64,000 bases of DNA from Podarcis muralis (taxonomy: Eukaryota), in NCBI RefSeq assembly GCF_964188315.1, contig NC_135656.1:51088001-51152000 (forward strand), read 5' to 3'. Below, in pieces: positions 37,046 through 50,141 of the stretch. Each line of letters starts with the position of its first letter. Position 1 is the stretch's first letter. The translations under genes and the position numbers were made by a program. The notes under the pieces were generated by a model that saw nothing but the letters and a program-made list of their open reading frames with translations, did no database searches and was not told the DNA's origin.

Positions 37046-38621
37046 GTTTATAATCTGTCTGTCCCACTGAACTTAGGGGGACTTACTTGTAGGTAGATGT
37101 TTATAGGATTACATCCTCAATCTTCTCTTTCCTCTTTTCCCCAGTTAGCTTAACTGGGGAGTTTATTTTACTAATATAGTATAAAAAAACCTGCTTAAAA
37201 AAACCCCAAGGCAGCTTAATTAATAGTCATCAATTCTCTTCATGGGTAGGTGAGACGTGTTAACAGTCTACTCTCCACCCCCCTGAAAACAAGCCCTTTC
37301 TTCATTCTTTTTGCACGTTCATAGTTGGCAAAGGGAACAGCTTCCTCCCCACCACCCTATCCCACCACCCTTTTTCTTTAAACCGGCAAGGCTTCCCAAG
37401 CCAGTGACTTAAGCATTCCTGGGAGTAGTGCCTGTGGTCTACTTTATGCAGTCCCCCTCCTGACATTCTCATTCTCAGCCCACATAACAGAGGCAGGGAA
37501 TGGTAAGAGCCAGGGGAGAGAGGGGTCTGTAGCAGTCTGCAGAAGGATCATAAGCCCATTCAGAGCACAAAGCAACTATAAACTGGGTTTCAAATGTATT
37601 CCCAAGAACTTGTTAGAATAGTAAAGGTGACAGAAAGGCGGAACTGTTTTTCTCAGCACAGTAGAGGTTTCATTCATTAGGATGAAACTCTCTTCCCAGC
37701 TTATTTTCTTCCATTTCTGTTAGAACTTTGCAGCGTGGGTTTACAATATAAATTTTATATACATATACTTTCAAACTAGTTTCCTGAGACTGCAATGGTG
37801 GCTGCTCCTTCGCTGTGCCACCAGATAGGCTTCATTGTCTTTGTGTGGTTTCAACTAGTGGCATGGTTGGGTAACTCGCAGAAAACCAGAATTGCCTTTT
37901 GTTCCGATTCAGTGCTAAAGAGCGGATTTTTGCAGGGAAAGTGCCAGGGCAAAAAGAAAGTAAGTAAGAAAAAGTGCTTGGACACGGCGCTTTAAAGCAC
38001 AGACCTGTGCCTAAAAAGCTCGGAGCAAAGTTGTAGATGAGCCCCAACTTCTTGCTGTTGGTGAATCCATGGCAGGCACAACAAGGGGAGCAACGGCAAG
38101 CAGTGCCAAAAGACGAAAGGCCTTTTTTGAGCAGGAGAGTGCTGAAGAAGAGACATTGCAAGGCCATTTGCTTTCTGCATGTTGGAATGAATAGGCAGCC
38201 TCACCCGAGCTGTACCACAACTGCTCATCCACCCCCACTGTGGACTGTAACAGCTTCAGGCTGATTTACTTCTCTTTTCATTAGATTTAATTGGGTGGGT
38301 GTCAGAGCTGAGGTCAGTGCAGTATAGTAGTTGAAGTTGGCTTTAATGTGTTGCCAGTGCATTTCTGGGGGCAGCCTTTATGCTATTTGTTTTTTGCTGT
38401 TTCCAGCTGCAGTCTTTGTACATTTTTCTTATGCTTAAGCTAGTTAGAGCAGTTTATAGCTATATGTATAAGGTTTCCAGTGACTTCATAGGAAATTCCT
38501 TACGGTGTTCATGCTGTTGCCATCCTTTATAGCTTCTATTTTTGACTTGCTTTACCTACTGTTCATCGATGTATGAGATGCTCCGTGTTCTCCTATAGGC
38601 TCCTACCAGTCTAGTCATTAA

Positions 38622-38712
38622 CAGTGCAATCCTATGCATATTTACTTAAATGTAAGTCCTACTGGTTAAGTAGTGCTTACTCCCAGGTAAGTGCATAGGG
38701 TTTTCAATTGCC
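38622..38712. repeat. Short palindromic element (GCAATCCTATGCA...TGCATAGG), possibly a PIF/Harbinger MITE
   Basis: Inverted ends and preceded by TAA; similar copies at 9418-9492 and 37057-37100. The superfamily assignment is inference. Confidence 0.5.
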
Positions 38713-38740
38713 TTTTAGGTGGCTGAAGCAATTAGCAATA

Positions 38741-38976
38741 CAGGGTACCTCAGGTTACATACACTTCAGGTTACATACGCTTCAGGTTACAGACTCCGCT
38801 AACCCAGAAATAGTGTTTCAGGTTAAGAACTTTGCTTCAGGATGAGAACAGAAATCGGGCTCGCGCGGCGGCAGCGGGAGGCCCCATTAGCTAAAGTGGT
38901 GCTTCAGGTTAAGAACAGTTTCAGGTTAAGTATGGACCTCCGGAACGAATTAAGTACTTAACCTGAGGTACCACTG
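38741..38976. mobile_element. Tc1/mariner (Tigger-type) MITE
   Basis: TIRs CAG(T)GGTACCTCAGGTT / AACCTGAGGTACCACTG; TA on both sides; internal repeated TTCAGGTTA motifs. Confidence 0.9.
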
Positions 38977-39363
38977 TATCCTTGTGCATGGTTTTAACAA
39001 TCCTTTTTATGTGTATTGTTTATGTATAAAAATGAACCTGGGGAGAAAAACCCATACATTTTATTTGAACTAGTGAATTGATTTGCTGTTCTTTAAGACT
39101 CCAGCTAGCATTTGATTTCTGGTTCTGTTTTTGTTTTTTTAATGATACTTTGCCCCCCCCCCCCAGCAGCAGTTTTGGAAAATTCTGAGTACTTTTTGCT
39201 ACAATAAATAAATAAATAAATAAATAAAGACAAATACATAGAATATAACAGACATGTAATTTCAAAAACATGGAGCATGTAGTTAGTTGGAAAATTGTCC
39301 GTCCAGTATATTCTTATGCCTTTCCTCTATGTTGACTTTTAGATCTACAAAGACTTTCCTATA

Positions 39364-39614
39364 TAGTCGTACCTTGGAAGTCAAACAGAATCCATTCCGG
39401 AAGTCCATTCAACTTCCAAAACATTCAACTTCCAATGCACGGCTTCTGATTGGCTGCAGAAAGCTCCTGCAGCTAATCAGAAGCCACGGAAGCTCCGTCG
39501 GAAATTTAGCTTCCAAAAGAACGTTAAAAAACCAGAACACTCACTTCTGGTTTTCAGTCGTTCGGGATCTGGAACGTTTGACTTCCAAGGTGTTCAGGAG
39601 CCAAGGTATGACTG
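39364..39614. mobile_element. Tc1/mariner (Tigger-type) MITE, second family
   Basis: TAGTCGTACCTTGG / CCAAGGTATGACTG with TA flanks; internal hairpin GCTTCTGATTGGCTGCAG...CTGCAGCTAATCAGAAGC. Confidence 0.85.
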
Positions 39615-42600
39615 TATATCATTCCAATCTTAAGTCAAGAACTCCAGATTAAAGTATATAATACAGGGAATAGTCATACCAGTCTGATATGACTCTGCCA
39701 ATCTTCTTTTGTTCACTGGTGATTCTGATTTGTACATTAACTTTTCCACCAATGTAATTCTCCAGAACTTCCTATTGTCATTCCTTTGTGACCCCTTTCA
39801 GTTTCTTCCAAAAACTTTGTAGTTGTTAAAAGAGCTGATGCTAATAAGTTGCCAATAAATCATGTAATACTCAGATCCATCTTATTTTCAGAAAATATGT
39901 ACAGTAACTCCCAGCTGATGGACCATTTTTGGCTGGCTGGCTTGTGTACTGTCTTGTATTTCCTAAAAAACAAGCGACCAGAAAGTTTGCATTTGTGGTC
40001 AAACCCACAACATGGGGTGTAATGTACCCCTATTTTCACAGTCTGTCCAGCAAAATGGGAAGAGCTGGTGATCAATTTTGCATAATTTTAATGGGTTGGT
40101 GTATTGTAGTGCCTTTCCCTTTTGTATACTGTGTCTTTGCCTAGTGTAAAGAACTGTTGGGGGGCAACACTTGCCTCCAGAAATAAATTGGACTTATGCA
40201 AAAAGTCTTGTTGATTTTTTGATTATTATTTTTTTAGGAAAGTGATGAGGCAATGCACAGAAAAGTGTGGGCTAGCAGTTGCTTGATTCAATGTCAAATA
40301 ACCTTCCTGCAAGCAAATAGGAATGAAAGTTCAATAAACAGGTTTGCGTGTGACCAGCATCTATAAAGCAGGAACAGCGAACACTTTACCCTGCAGCTGA
40401 TGTTGATCTCTATCATTCCTTCTTTGAGGGATCTAAGCAACAAATTTTGGAAAAGGTTGAAGAGAACCTACTTGCATCCCACACTCATACTTAACACCAC
40501 ATTTCCTCTTTCTTATTCTCTGAAAGGTATAGATTGTTGTACAAAGGGTTTCCTGTCATTTTACTGCTACTTACAAAGCCTGACCACGCACTCTTTCAAA
40601 TGGTGATCACTCTGATTTATGACTCTGGCACATTCCCTGTTGTGTTATGACCAGTGGGTAGGACTTTCTTTTATCTTTGAACTTGGTTCCACAGTTGCAC
40701 TTGGTCTGCTGAAGGAACTACTACTGTAAATTTCTGTGTAATGCTGGCTTTAAGCTTTCTTTGTCCTAAAGTTTTGATAGAAGAGGAACATTGAAAATAG
40801 GTTTTCGTAAAATTCAGTCTCATCCCAGCACACCGTTCCTCAGTGCTTATCGCAACTTGTCGCTAACTGACACCTGAAGCCCTATTTTTAAAATTATTTC
40901 TTCAATTTCCTACCTCCACACATGCTCTCAGTGCTCAAACTCAGGCAAATTTTGCCATGTGAATGCACAATCAGGGAACAAAGTGTTGCAAAACCTTGGG
41001 AGTGATCGTTGCCAACTAAAGAGTTGCCAGTTTGATAGCAAGTACATCGCCTTACACCTTATGGTATTATTATAACAAGCTTGTGGGCTTTTATTTAGTG
41101 AATAATCTTATTTGCATTAAGTAATTCAAGGACATAAGAATAATCAGCACTTTAAAAGGTCCCTGACCTCCCCCCGCCCTGCTGTTTGAAGAACGAGTGA
41201 GCAAGCGAGTAAATCAGACAGACCACATGGAGTCAACTCTGCCTGCGTCCCGGCAGTGGGCTGCCACATCACACAGGACCGGGTAGGTGGGTGGGGGTGG
41301 GGAGAGCAGCATTCTTCCCATTCAGCAGTTTAAAACATAAGCTTGTGGCTGAAGAAAAGCTAATAATCCACTCCAAGCAAAACAGTATCTCAGCTGTCTA
41401 TAGCCGCCACAGGTGTTTTGTGTTATGAAGAAACAAGGCTGGATGTCTGGAGGTTTCCAGGCTTTTGGTCACAGATTGTTTGGTTGTCCTTGATGACACA
41501 GTCTTGCAGCTCTGAAACTGGAATGGAGGATTTGAAATTATGTTAAGGGAAAAGAAACAACTAAATGAACGGCTGGCAAGAACGGATTTTGCTTTTCCCT
41601 CGGTTACTAGGCCAGATGTTAGTAGACTAGAAATTGGAAAACGCCTCTTGAGTCAAAATTATTTCTAAGCTTCTTGTGGAAATGTAGGGGCATTTTGTTT
41701 TGCTGCAAAGGGATTGAAATGTTCTCCAGTTTTTAAGATCCCTGATCTTATTCTTCAGCATATATGAACCTGGGTTGTCTTATCACTATATTTTTATGCC
41801 TGTTGCTTGTTGTTAACGGTTACCTGTTTCATGTGATGGGCATGTGGTCATGGTCTACACAGGCAAAGAGTCAGTGCAACCCATCACCAAGTATGTGATT
41901 GTTTCTGCATTGGAATTCCTGAGTGCTGATGAATCAAAATGGCCAAAGTCCATTCCTCAGCCTGTTCCCTTGTAAGGACCTAATGTCAGGACCACCAATT
42001 TAGAAAGCCAGCTCTGTGCTGCTACATGTTGATGGTCTGTCATTCACAGCAGCCAATGTCTGTTATCCATCTTCTGTTGCAAGGAACACAGTTCAGAAAG
42101 AAGGAAAATCGTCATATATGGTGAAAAGCTTGGTAGTGGTTTTGTAATCATGAACTTCCCGTCCCAAAATCATTGTCGCCCCTTCAGTTCAAGATATGTT
42201 AATATCTCCTTTCTGCCCTACACAAAGGAGCAGTGTGGTGATGAGTGATAGTTCATCATTTACCCAGTGTCTGCTGTAAATGTTAATGGCCTTCCCATAC
42301 AGGAAGTGTGTTAGTCATTTACATCCTTTCTCCATAAAATGGCCCAGCACGATTTTAATGTGAGCAGATGATAATGTTGCATAATCCTTTAATTCTACAG
42401 GAAAATTGAGCAACAGGGGCTTGCTACAAGCACCAAAACTCTAGTGCAGCAACTACAGCTAGCAGGGATAGTATATTGTCTTTAAAAAATGGCATGTTTA
42501 ATGTTTAGGTGGTGGCTTCTTTAATCAGAAAAGCAAGCAAACAAATACTTTGCATGTCTGTTTCAAATATATTCCTGTGGAGAATGCACTAGAGCCCTTC

Positions 42601-42920
42601 CACTTTTGTTATGCTATCAATGTCTTTGTTTGGAGCCCTATGGTGTCTTCTACATAAAACTGAATGTCTCATTCAGCATTTCATGCATGCTCTTTTGCAG
42701 TGCTTCAGAATAATCCAGGCATGGCCAGTGTAACCTGTTGGATGCATCAGTTTACATGGCACGTATGGGCTATGAGATGCTGGTTTATTCCCTGCATGTT
42801 CCTTCTGAAGCATCAGATGAGCTTTACACTTTGCTGCTGCCCCTGGATCACGGAGGACAAATGAGTGAGAGAATCTGGTTCATTTTCAGAGGTGCTGTTG
42901 GATAGCTGGCTTTTGACAAG

Positions 42921-43240
42921 TAAAGGTAAACCCCTGACCATTAGGTCCAGTCGCGGACGACTCTGGGGTTGCGACGCTCATCTTGCTCTATAGGCCGAGG
43001 GAGCCGGCGTTTGTCCGCAGACAGCTTCTGGGTCATGTGGCCAGCATGACTAAGCCGCTTCTGGCAAACCAGGGCACTGCATGGAAATGCCATTTATCTT
43101 CCTGCTGGAGTGGTACCTATTTATCTACTTACACTTGACGTGCTTTCAAACTGCTAGGTGGGCAGGAACTGGGACCGAACAACAGGAGCTCACCCCGTCA
43201 CGGGGATTTGAACCGCTGACCTTCTGATCGGCAAGCACTA
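42921..43240 (-). mobile_element. Sauria SINE, 5'-truncated, with ~10-bp TSD
   Basis: TAAAGGTAAACCCCTGACC...GGGGATTTGAACC; GGCTTTTGAC at 42908-42917 and 43241-43250. Confidence 0.92.
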
Positions 43241-45039
43241 GGCTTTTGACTAGCATGGTAGTTTAAAAACAGGGAAAGCTTCTTCCTCTGCTGGAAACCC
43301 AACTTCAGTCTTCTTGATTCATCCCGAGGCAACTTTAATGAGAACAGGGGGCTGAAGGGGCAGAGGCAGAAGGAGCTGACCTGCCTGGGTTGTTTACCAA
43401 GTGTAAAGAGTTGGAAAAGAGGGTTTATTTCTTTAGGAAGGGGAAGCAGAGGAATACTGGATGTAGGAATGACTTTAAGGGGAATTGATTTGGTGGAATT
43501 TGCTTTTTGTAAAGTATGCATACTGTTGTAACAGTGAATGGGAGGGTCAGCAAATATGTGGAGTTGGGGCAGTTCATATCCTTTCTCTGCTCTGTATTAA
43601 TTGTACCCATTGACATTGCTTGTCTCCATTCTGTTTGCATCTCCATTTCATGCTTTCCAATTGTTACACATTTTTAGTCTGGTTTGTTTTGATCTGTGTT
43701 GGCCTGATACCATTGCCAAAAGGTATTAATTGTAGAATTGTTGAATGTGTTTACACCTTAGATGAAGATGGGGGGGGGGGGGTGTTGTTTTGTTTTTTGC
43801 AAGTAGGGGCTCTTCCCCCCCTGACCTGGCAAGGGTGGACTTGTGGCACTGCCACTTTCTGGTGACAGCAGTTCCCTCAGTGTCCAGCCAGTGATTCATA
43901 TTTTATCATTGACAGAGGCAAGCATCTGTTAAGTCACCAGTCTGGGTGATTTCCAGGAAGGGAATGATATTAATGAGGTAATCACTGCTTGCTTCAGTGT
44001 ACTGTGGATGAAAGAAAGCTACAGTTCTGCAATGAATTAAAGTTTTTGGATTAACCCGTTGAAGGATTTGTTTACCGCCCCAGCACTGGAGGAAGGAAAG
44101 GAGCTTGACCAGATTTGTATGATAGTCCCAAACAACTTGAGCGATGGCTCTTGTGCAAGGATAGTAAAAATGGTGCCCCCCCCCCAGGATATTGCTGGGC
44201 CACAACTGGAACATCTCTGACCATTGCCCATAGTGGCTGGGACTGATGGCCATTGGAATCCAGCTTCTTGGCTACCTGTGTTTTTTTATCATTTTATTAT
44301 AAATATAAATTCATTACAAAACAATATATACTTAATATTACATTACATATATTACATACAAAACATACCTGTGTTCTATTGTTCACCGTATTTTTGACGC
44401 ACATATGTGAATATGCGTTGTAGACGAAGTGGTGCTATACTGAAAATTGCGGGGACTTAAAGAACGATGATGATGCACTTCTTGTGGACTCCCTGCCCTG
44501 GGAGGTTGACCTAGTATCTTCCCTAATGAGCTCTAGAAAGCAGGTAGTGATCGTTGTTTCATTGATTTGGCTGAAATTGGAAACTTTCTTAATTTGAGGT
44601 GTGTCGTCCCCCCCCAATTCTTGCCTTTCATGTGATGCATCATGATTTTATTGAAGTTTTGTTGTTTTTGTGAAATGCTAACAAACCTATCCTGTGGAGC
44701 AGTATGAATCCATAGGCAGTTGACATTTCAGTAATGATGCGTGTGAACAGAGACCCTGAAAATTTGGAATCTCTCAAACATAGACCCTGCCAAGTATGTG
44801 AAGTAATATTGGAGGGCAGGGTCTGAGATGAGAGGAGTCTTGTCTTGGTCAGAGTTCTTTGGATGTGTCTGGCTGTCCCCCAAAGGTTCAAAGTGAACTC
44901 CTGACAAGCCGTATTCTTATTACGTTTGTTTAGTGTTCTGCTTCTACTCCTCTCAGAACATGATGTATTGACTGTACTACAAGTTTGCTTGATGATTCAC
45001 TGTGGTGCCATCTCATAACAGTTTGGAAATAAACTTGCT

Positions 45040-45207
45040 TAATAATTGAATCTGATCACCAGTCCATCTAGCTAAGTGTTGTCCACTGGCTGACACAGAC
45101 TCTCCAGCATTTTTGCCTCTCCCAGTCCTATGCAGAAATACTGGGGACTGAGCCTGGGACCTTTTGCGCACAGAACATGCGCTTTGCCATTGAGCCATGC
45201 CCACCCC
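45040..45207 (-). mobile_element. Squam2-like tRNA SINE
   Basis: The reverse complement reads ATGGCTCAATGGCAAAGCGCATG..AAGGTCCCAGGCTCAGTCCCCAG...GAGAG..CAGTGGACAACACTTAGCTAGATGGAC. Confidence 0.75.
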
Positions 45208-46057
45208 ACCCTCATGTTGAAAACTTGAATCTCCTGGGATGTATAACTCCTCTGAAAAGTTTTGAAGGATTTGATTCCATTGACATGTGCATCAGAAGGT
45301 GCAGATAAGAATCTTGCAAATTTGAATTCATTGTTGTGTGAGATCAGGGGTTGAGAATTTTTGCATAGTCTTGGTGGCCAGCCAGAAATGTGTTGTCTCC
45401 AGGGCATGCCCTCAACACAGTGGGTGGGGTCTCAAACCTTGTGTCATACCCATTAAACACTTGCTTTTTGAAGTCAGGAGACAACCTGAAGTGTTGCTGA
45501 AACAGTCAGAAGTAGAGGCATGCCCACCTTGCTGTGTCTCTGCCCCCTCTTGAGTAGCCTGAACCCCACAGCTGCCACCCAGCAGGCATGACAAATAGTT
45601 ATCTGCCTTCTTTCTTCACCTTGGAGCTGAAGAGGACAGGTGAAGGTTTGTTTTGATGCTCTTCTGGCACCCATCAAGTGCAGAGCTTAAACAAATAACA
45701 GGCTTCTGGTCATCTTTAAAGCAGGGGTAGGAGAACTATCCCTCCCACTCTCTAGTGTTACTGTGATGAGGAAGCCTTGGTCTAGTCTTACTCTCTAGAG
45801 GCCAGCTAACTAGTCATTATGGCTACTCAAGGGAGCATGTTTGTTGAACCCTTTGTGAAATCAAAGAAAAGTAACCCACATTACCGACATCATGGGGGAG
45901 CTTGTTATCAACTCCAAAACTTTTCCAAAACAGAACATTGTTCTGCCCTCTTGTGGAATCTCCTCCCTCCCCAATCTCATGCTTGGCCTTCTTCCCTGCC
46001 TGTCATTGTCAAATAATGATAAGTTAATGTTAAATTATATTGCGTGTACTTTCCCTC

Positions 46058-46060
<3 letters not shown>

Positions 46061-46110
<50 letters not shown>
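46061..46110. repeat. (TC)25 microsatellite ~100 nt upstream of the exon 3 acceptor
   Basis: Read directly. Confidence 0.95.
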
Positions 46111-46114
<4 letters not shown>

Positions 46115-46141
46115 CTCTTTTTTAAAAAAAGTGTGTGGTAG

Positions 46142-46288
<147 letters not shown>

Positions 46289-46439
46289 TAAGGTGAACAA
46301 TACAGATCTATCCATTGGGATGTTGCCTCTTCTTTGCTTCCCCTTCTCCCCTTTGTATAACAGGACACCTCAAGACACTAACAATATACTTCAAACATAT
46401 ACTTATGTGTTCAGTACCCACGGTTGTTCAGGGAAGTTT

Positions 46440-46570
46440 TTAATGGTTGGTGCTTTATTGTGTTTTTAATATTTTGATGGAAGCTGCCCAGAGTGGCTGG
46501 GGCAATCCACTCAGATGGGTGGATGAGGTTGATGATGATCATCATCATCATTATCACCACCATAATCATC
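46440..46570 (+). mobile_element. L2-type 3' tail
   Basis: GCTGCCCAGAGTGGCTGGGGCAATCCACTCAGATGGG plus (GAT/CAT)n; shorter L2-like tails at ~48020-48110 and ~56775-56855. Confidence 0.7.
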
Positions 46571-47384
46571 TTAAAGGAATAGTGGATCACATGTGGGCTT
46601 TTCTTTAATACCTTGTTCTATTGCTTTTTGGAATCTGAACATTAATGTGGTTTCTGAAAATGCCTAGAGAAGTACGGAGGGGAGCCCTAGAGCTGACATG
46701 CCAAATGCTATAGCCAATTGCTGGCAAAGGAACTGAGGATATGTTAGAATAGCTGATTGCTGCAGTTTTAAAATCACCCGAGGTGTTTACTGTTGGGAGG
46801 ATAGCCTTTCCTTTTGGACCTCTCCTGCAATTTATTTGTTTCATTTTGTGTGTTGGTTATACTCAGTGGTTTTTGTATCATTAGGACTTTTTGCTGAGGA
46901 TTCAGATATTTTATCAATATGTCACTTCTGTTGTGGGTCTGTTTCTCTCCCCTCAATCCAAATTTCAGTTTGCTGTTGCTTACCCCTCCTGCCCCTGCCA
47001 ATTTAGCCAACTGTTCTAAGTTCAGCCTGGAATGTAATTGTGAGTGTGTGAAGGACATATTTGCCTAGTGCCTGCTACTGGCTCAACTTTTGAGAGATAC
47101 ACACTCCTCATGTCCATACCATTTTTATTTTTAAAAACAGCAATAGCTCCTCCTTGCTACTCCTTTAGCTGAAGGCTTCCCACCGTATTTCATTCAATGG
47201 AATCACTTTGACTAGCTTTTTAAAATATGTATGCTGTGGGGGAGGGCAGGAAGAGAAGGAAACTAGTTCTGACTTTTTCCCTTTGGAGATTAACAGCTCT
47301 TTTCCAGCGCAGCACTTGTGCCTTACAGATCTTTAAAAGTCTTGGATGATACTGATCATTTGCAACTGCTTCAGTCTTGTCTCT

Positions 47385-47690
47385 GGTGTTGTCTTGGGTT
47401 GAAACAACTTTGGTCATACTGGTGGGTGACTTGAATCAGGGAATAGTAGATGGGGAGTTAACTCTTGTTGGTTTTCCTGGAGTTTTCAGCAACTTTCATT
47501 ACCATTATATCATTTTGGTCCATCTCTCTCGGTTGAGACTTGGAGACTCAGTGTTATGGTGGCTTTGATTCTTTCTTGAGGGACCAGTTCAGAAGGTGGT
47601 GTTGTGGGACTTCCATCTCATGGCCTTTAGGATGCTGCAGAGGTACCATCTTATCCCCCATATGCTTTTAACATCTGTGTGTAACCACTA
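47385..47690 (+). mobile_element. Old L2 reverse-transcriptase fragment
   Basis: ETTLVILVGDL...HYIILVHLSRLRLGDSVLWWL*FFLEGPVQKVVL... aligns by eye to the L2 RT ETALVALVDDL..HGILLDRL..LGLGGTVLQWF.SFLEGR.QKVVL. Confidence 0.72.
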
Positions 47691-48549
47691 GAGTGTCACC
47701 CAAGGCTTGTGCATGGACAGCAGGGAGCATAAATCTGAAGCAGCTAGCACACGAATCACACAGCCATGTGTTTAACCTACAGAATAAAAAGTCACCCCAA
47801 AGCCAGGCATGGCTGCACCCAGTAGCAAAGCTGCCTCCTCATTTTTTCCACTCTTGAAACATGCAGAAGAATAACACACTTTTTTTTTTAACCCAGAAAA
47901 AGTACACATTTTAGCAGGCTGGTGGATGCTGTTCTGTATCTGTCATGCAAAATGGAGCCTTCCCATTAATGCACCCTTATATATATAATTTCTGTGCATC
48001 AGATGTTGGGAGATGATGGTTTTGGTTTTGTTCTGTGAACTGCCCTGAGAGCTCCAGGTATAGGGTGGTATATAAATTCAAATCATCATCATCATTATCA
48101 TAATCATCCAGGGAGTTGGGCTGCAATGCTGTTGGTTTGCAAATGGCATGCTACTCTTTCCACCTGCTCATCCCAAGGGAAGCTGTGGAAATCCTGAACA
48201 GATAAGTGTCTGAAGGCAGAAGCTAAATCCAGATTCGGAAGAAGTTCTGTGGGTTAGGAAGCATGCTGTTCTGGATGGAGGTATGCAATAATTTAGACAG
48301 GGCTTCACGATCTTGAAAGTTCTTGGCCCTGACTATATATGAAATCACAGGTGCTACTGGTGACTAGCCTTTTGCTAGCTGGAGTTTTGCATCTGGCCAA
48401 CTAGATCTTGGAAAAAGCAGATCTAGCCTGAGTTGCACAGGCTTCAGTTAGCCATACTAGACTGCTTCACACAGGGCTGTCTTCAAAGATTCTTCAGAAA
48501 ATTCAACTGGTACAGAATGCATCTGCTTATGCTGATGCAATATTAGTAA

Positions 48550-48935
48550 CAATAGTGGCCTATTCATTTCTGGACTCAGCTTAAAGCACTGACCTTTTGG
48601 AATCCTAAATGTTTGGCACATTAGATCAGTGCCAGAGGACCTGCTCTCAGGTTCATTGTCATGGTGAGGGTCTTCTGAGTAGTGGCCCCACATATTTGGA
48701 GCTTTCCCCTGGAAATGGTATGCATAGCTCTGGTTTTTTTAAATGGATGTTTTAGTTCACCTGTTACTGAGATGTTGCATGCTGTGCTTTTAAAGTTGCT
48801 GCTCTGAGTTTGACATTGGAGTATTCTTACTTATGTGTTTAAATTTCATTATGCTTACAGTCACTTTTGTAAGTTGCCTTTGGAAGACTTTGCTCTGAAA
48901 AGCAGTGTAAAAAATTCCTTAAATACATACAAAAG
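48550..48935 (+). mobile_element. Old L2 3' region (possibly the same insertion as 47385-47690)
   Basis: GGCCTATTCATTTCTGGACTCAG..GGACCTGCTCTCAG..GGGTCTTCTGAGTAGTGGCCCC..TGGAGC and the tail TGTAAGTTGCCTTTG..GAAAAGCAG. Confidence 0.55.
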
Positions 48936-49189
48936 TTAGTTTTCTTCATTCCCAATTGTAGTTTCCTAACTCCTTTCTCGCAATTCCCATATCCTCCGAT
49001 TCCCCTTACTTGTCCTCTTCCTTGCTGACACTGGAGATGATTTAGCAGAAGGTCAGCAAAGGAAATTTTGCTACATCTGGCACTGAAAACACAGAAGCTT
49101 TTAAAGAGATGGTCACAGTGAGGTGTTTAGGTTTAGGAGAGAGCGAGTGAATGGGAATCCCCAAACTGGTACTTCCTGATTTCATTATA

Positions 49190-50141
49190 CAGTGGTGCCC
49201 CGCAAGACGAATGCCTCGCAAGACGGAAAACCCGCAAGACGAAAGGGTTTTCCGTTTGCGAGTTGCTTCGCAAGACGAATTTCCCTATGGGCTTGCTTCG
49301 CAAGAAGAAAGCCCATAGGGAAATCTCCGGGGACCTCTTTTAAATGCTGGCGGTGGGGAGCAAAGCCTTTCCCCCCCTCCGGCTTTCAGAAGAGGTCCAG
49401 GAAGGCCGGCGGGGGCCGAAAGGCTTTGCTCCCCACCGCCAGCATTTTAAAAGCAGTCCGGGATAGCAGGGAAGCGCTTCCCGCTATCGCGGACGGCTTT
49501 TGAAGGCAGGCGGGGGGGAGCAAAGACTTTTGCCCCCCGCCCGCCTTCAGAAGAGGTTCTGGACCTCTTCTGAAGGTGGGCGGGGGGCGAAAGTCTTTGC
49601 TCCCCCCTGCCTGCCTTCCCGGGAGAGCAGAGAAAGGCAGCGGGTTTCTCCGCTGTCCCGGACGGCTTTTGAAGGCCGGCGGGGGGGAGCAAAGACTTTT
49701 GCCCCCCGCCGGCCTTCAGAAGAGGTCCAGGACCTCTTCTGAAGGCTGGCGGGGGGCAAAAGTCTTTGTCCCCCCTGCCTGCCTTCCCAGGGGCTTTTAA
49801 ATCGCCCCGGACAGCGGAGAAGTCCTCCGCTGTCCCGGGCGATTTTAAAATGCCGCCCGGCAGCATTTTAAGATCGCCCCGGACAGCGGAGAAGTCCTCT
49901 GCTGTCCCGGGGTTTTTTAAAATGCTGGGGGTGGGAAGAAAAGCCCTTGTCCCCCCCCCCAGCCTTCAGAAGAGGTCGGGGGACAGACTGTCCCCGGACC
50001 TGGTCTGAAGGCGGTTTCCATAGGAACGCATTAATTGATTTTCAATGCATTCCTATGGGAAACCGTGCTTCGCAAGACGAAAAACTCGCAAGAAGAAAAA
50101 ACTTGCGGAACGAATTAATTTCGTCTTGCGAGGCACCACTG
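49190..50141. mobile_element. Large Tigger-type MITE (952 bp) with an internal array of GC-rich hairpins
   Basis: TIRs CAGTGGTGCC(C/T)CGCAAGACGAA; TA TSD at 49188-49189 and 50142-50143; subterminal CGCAAGACG repeats; no transposase ORF. Confidence 0.95.
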
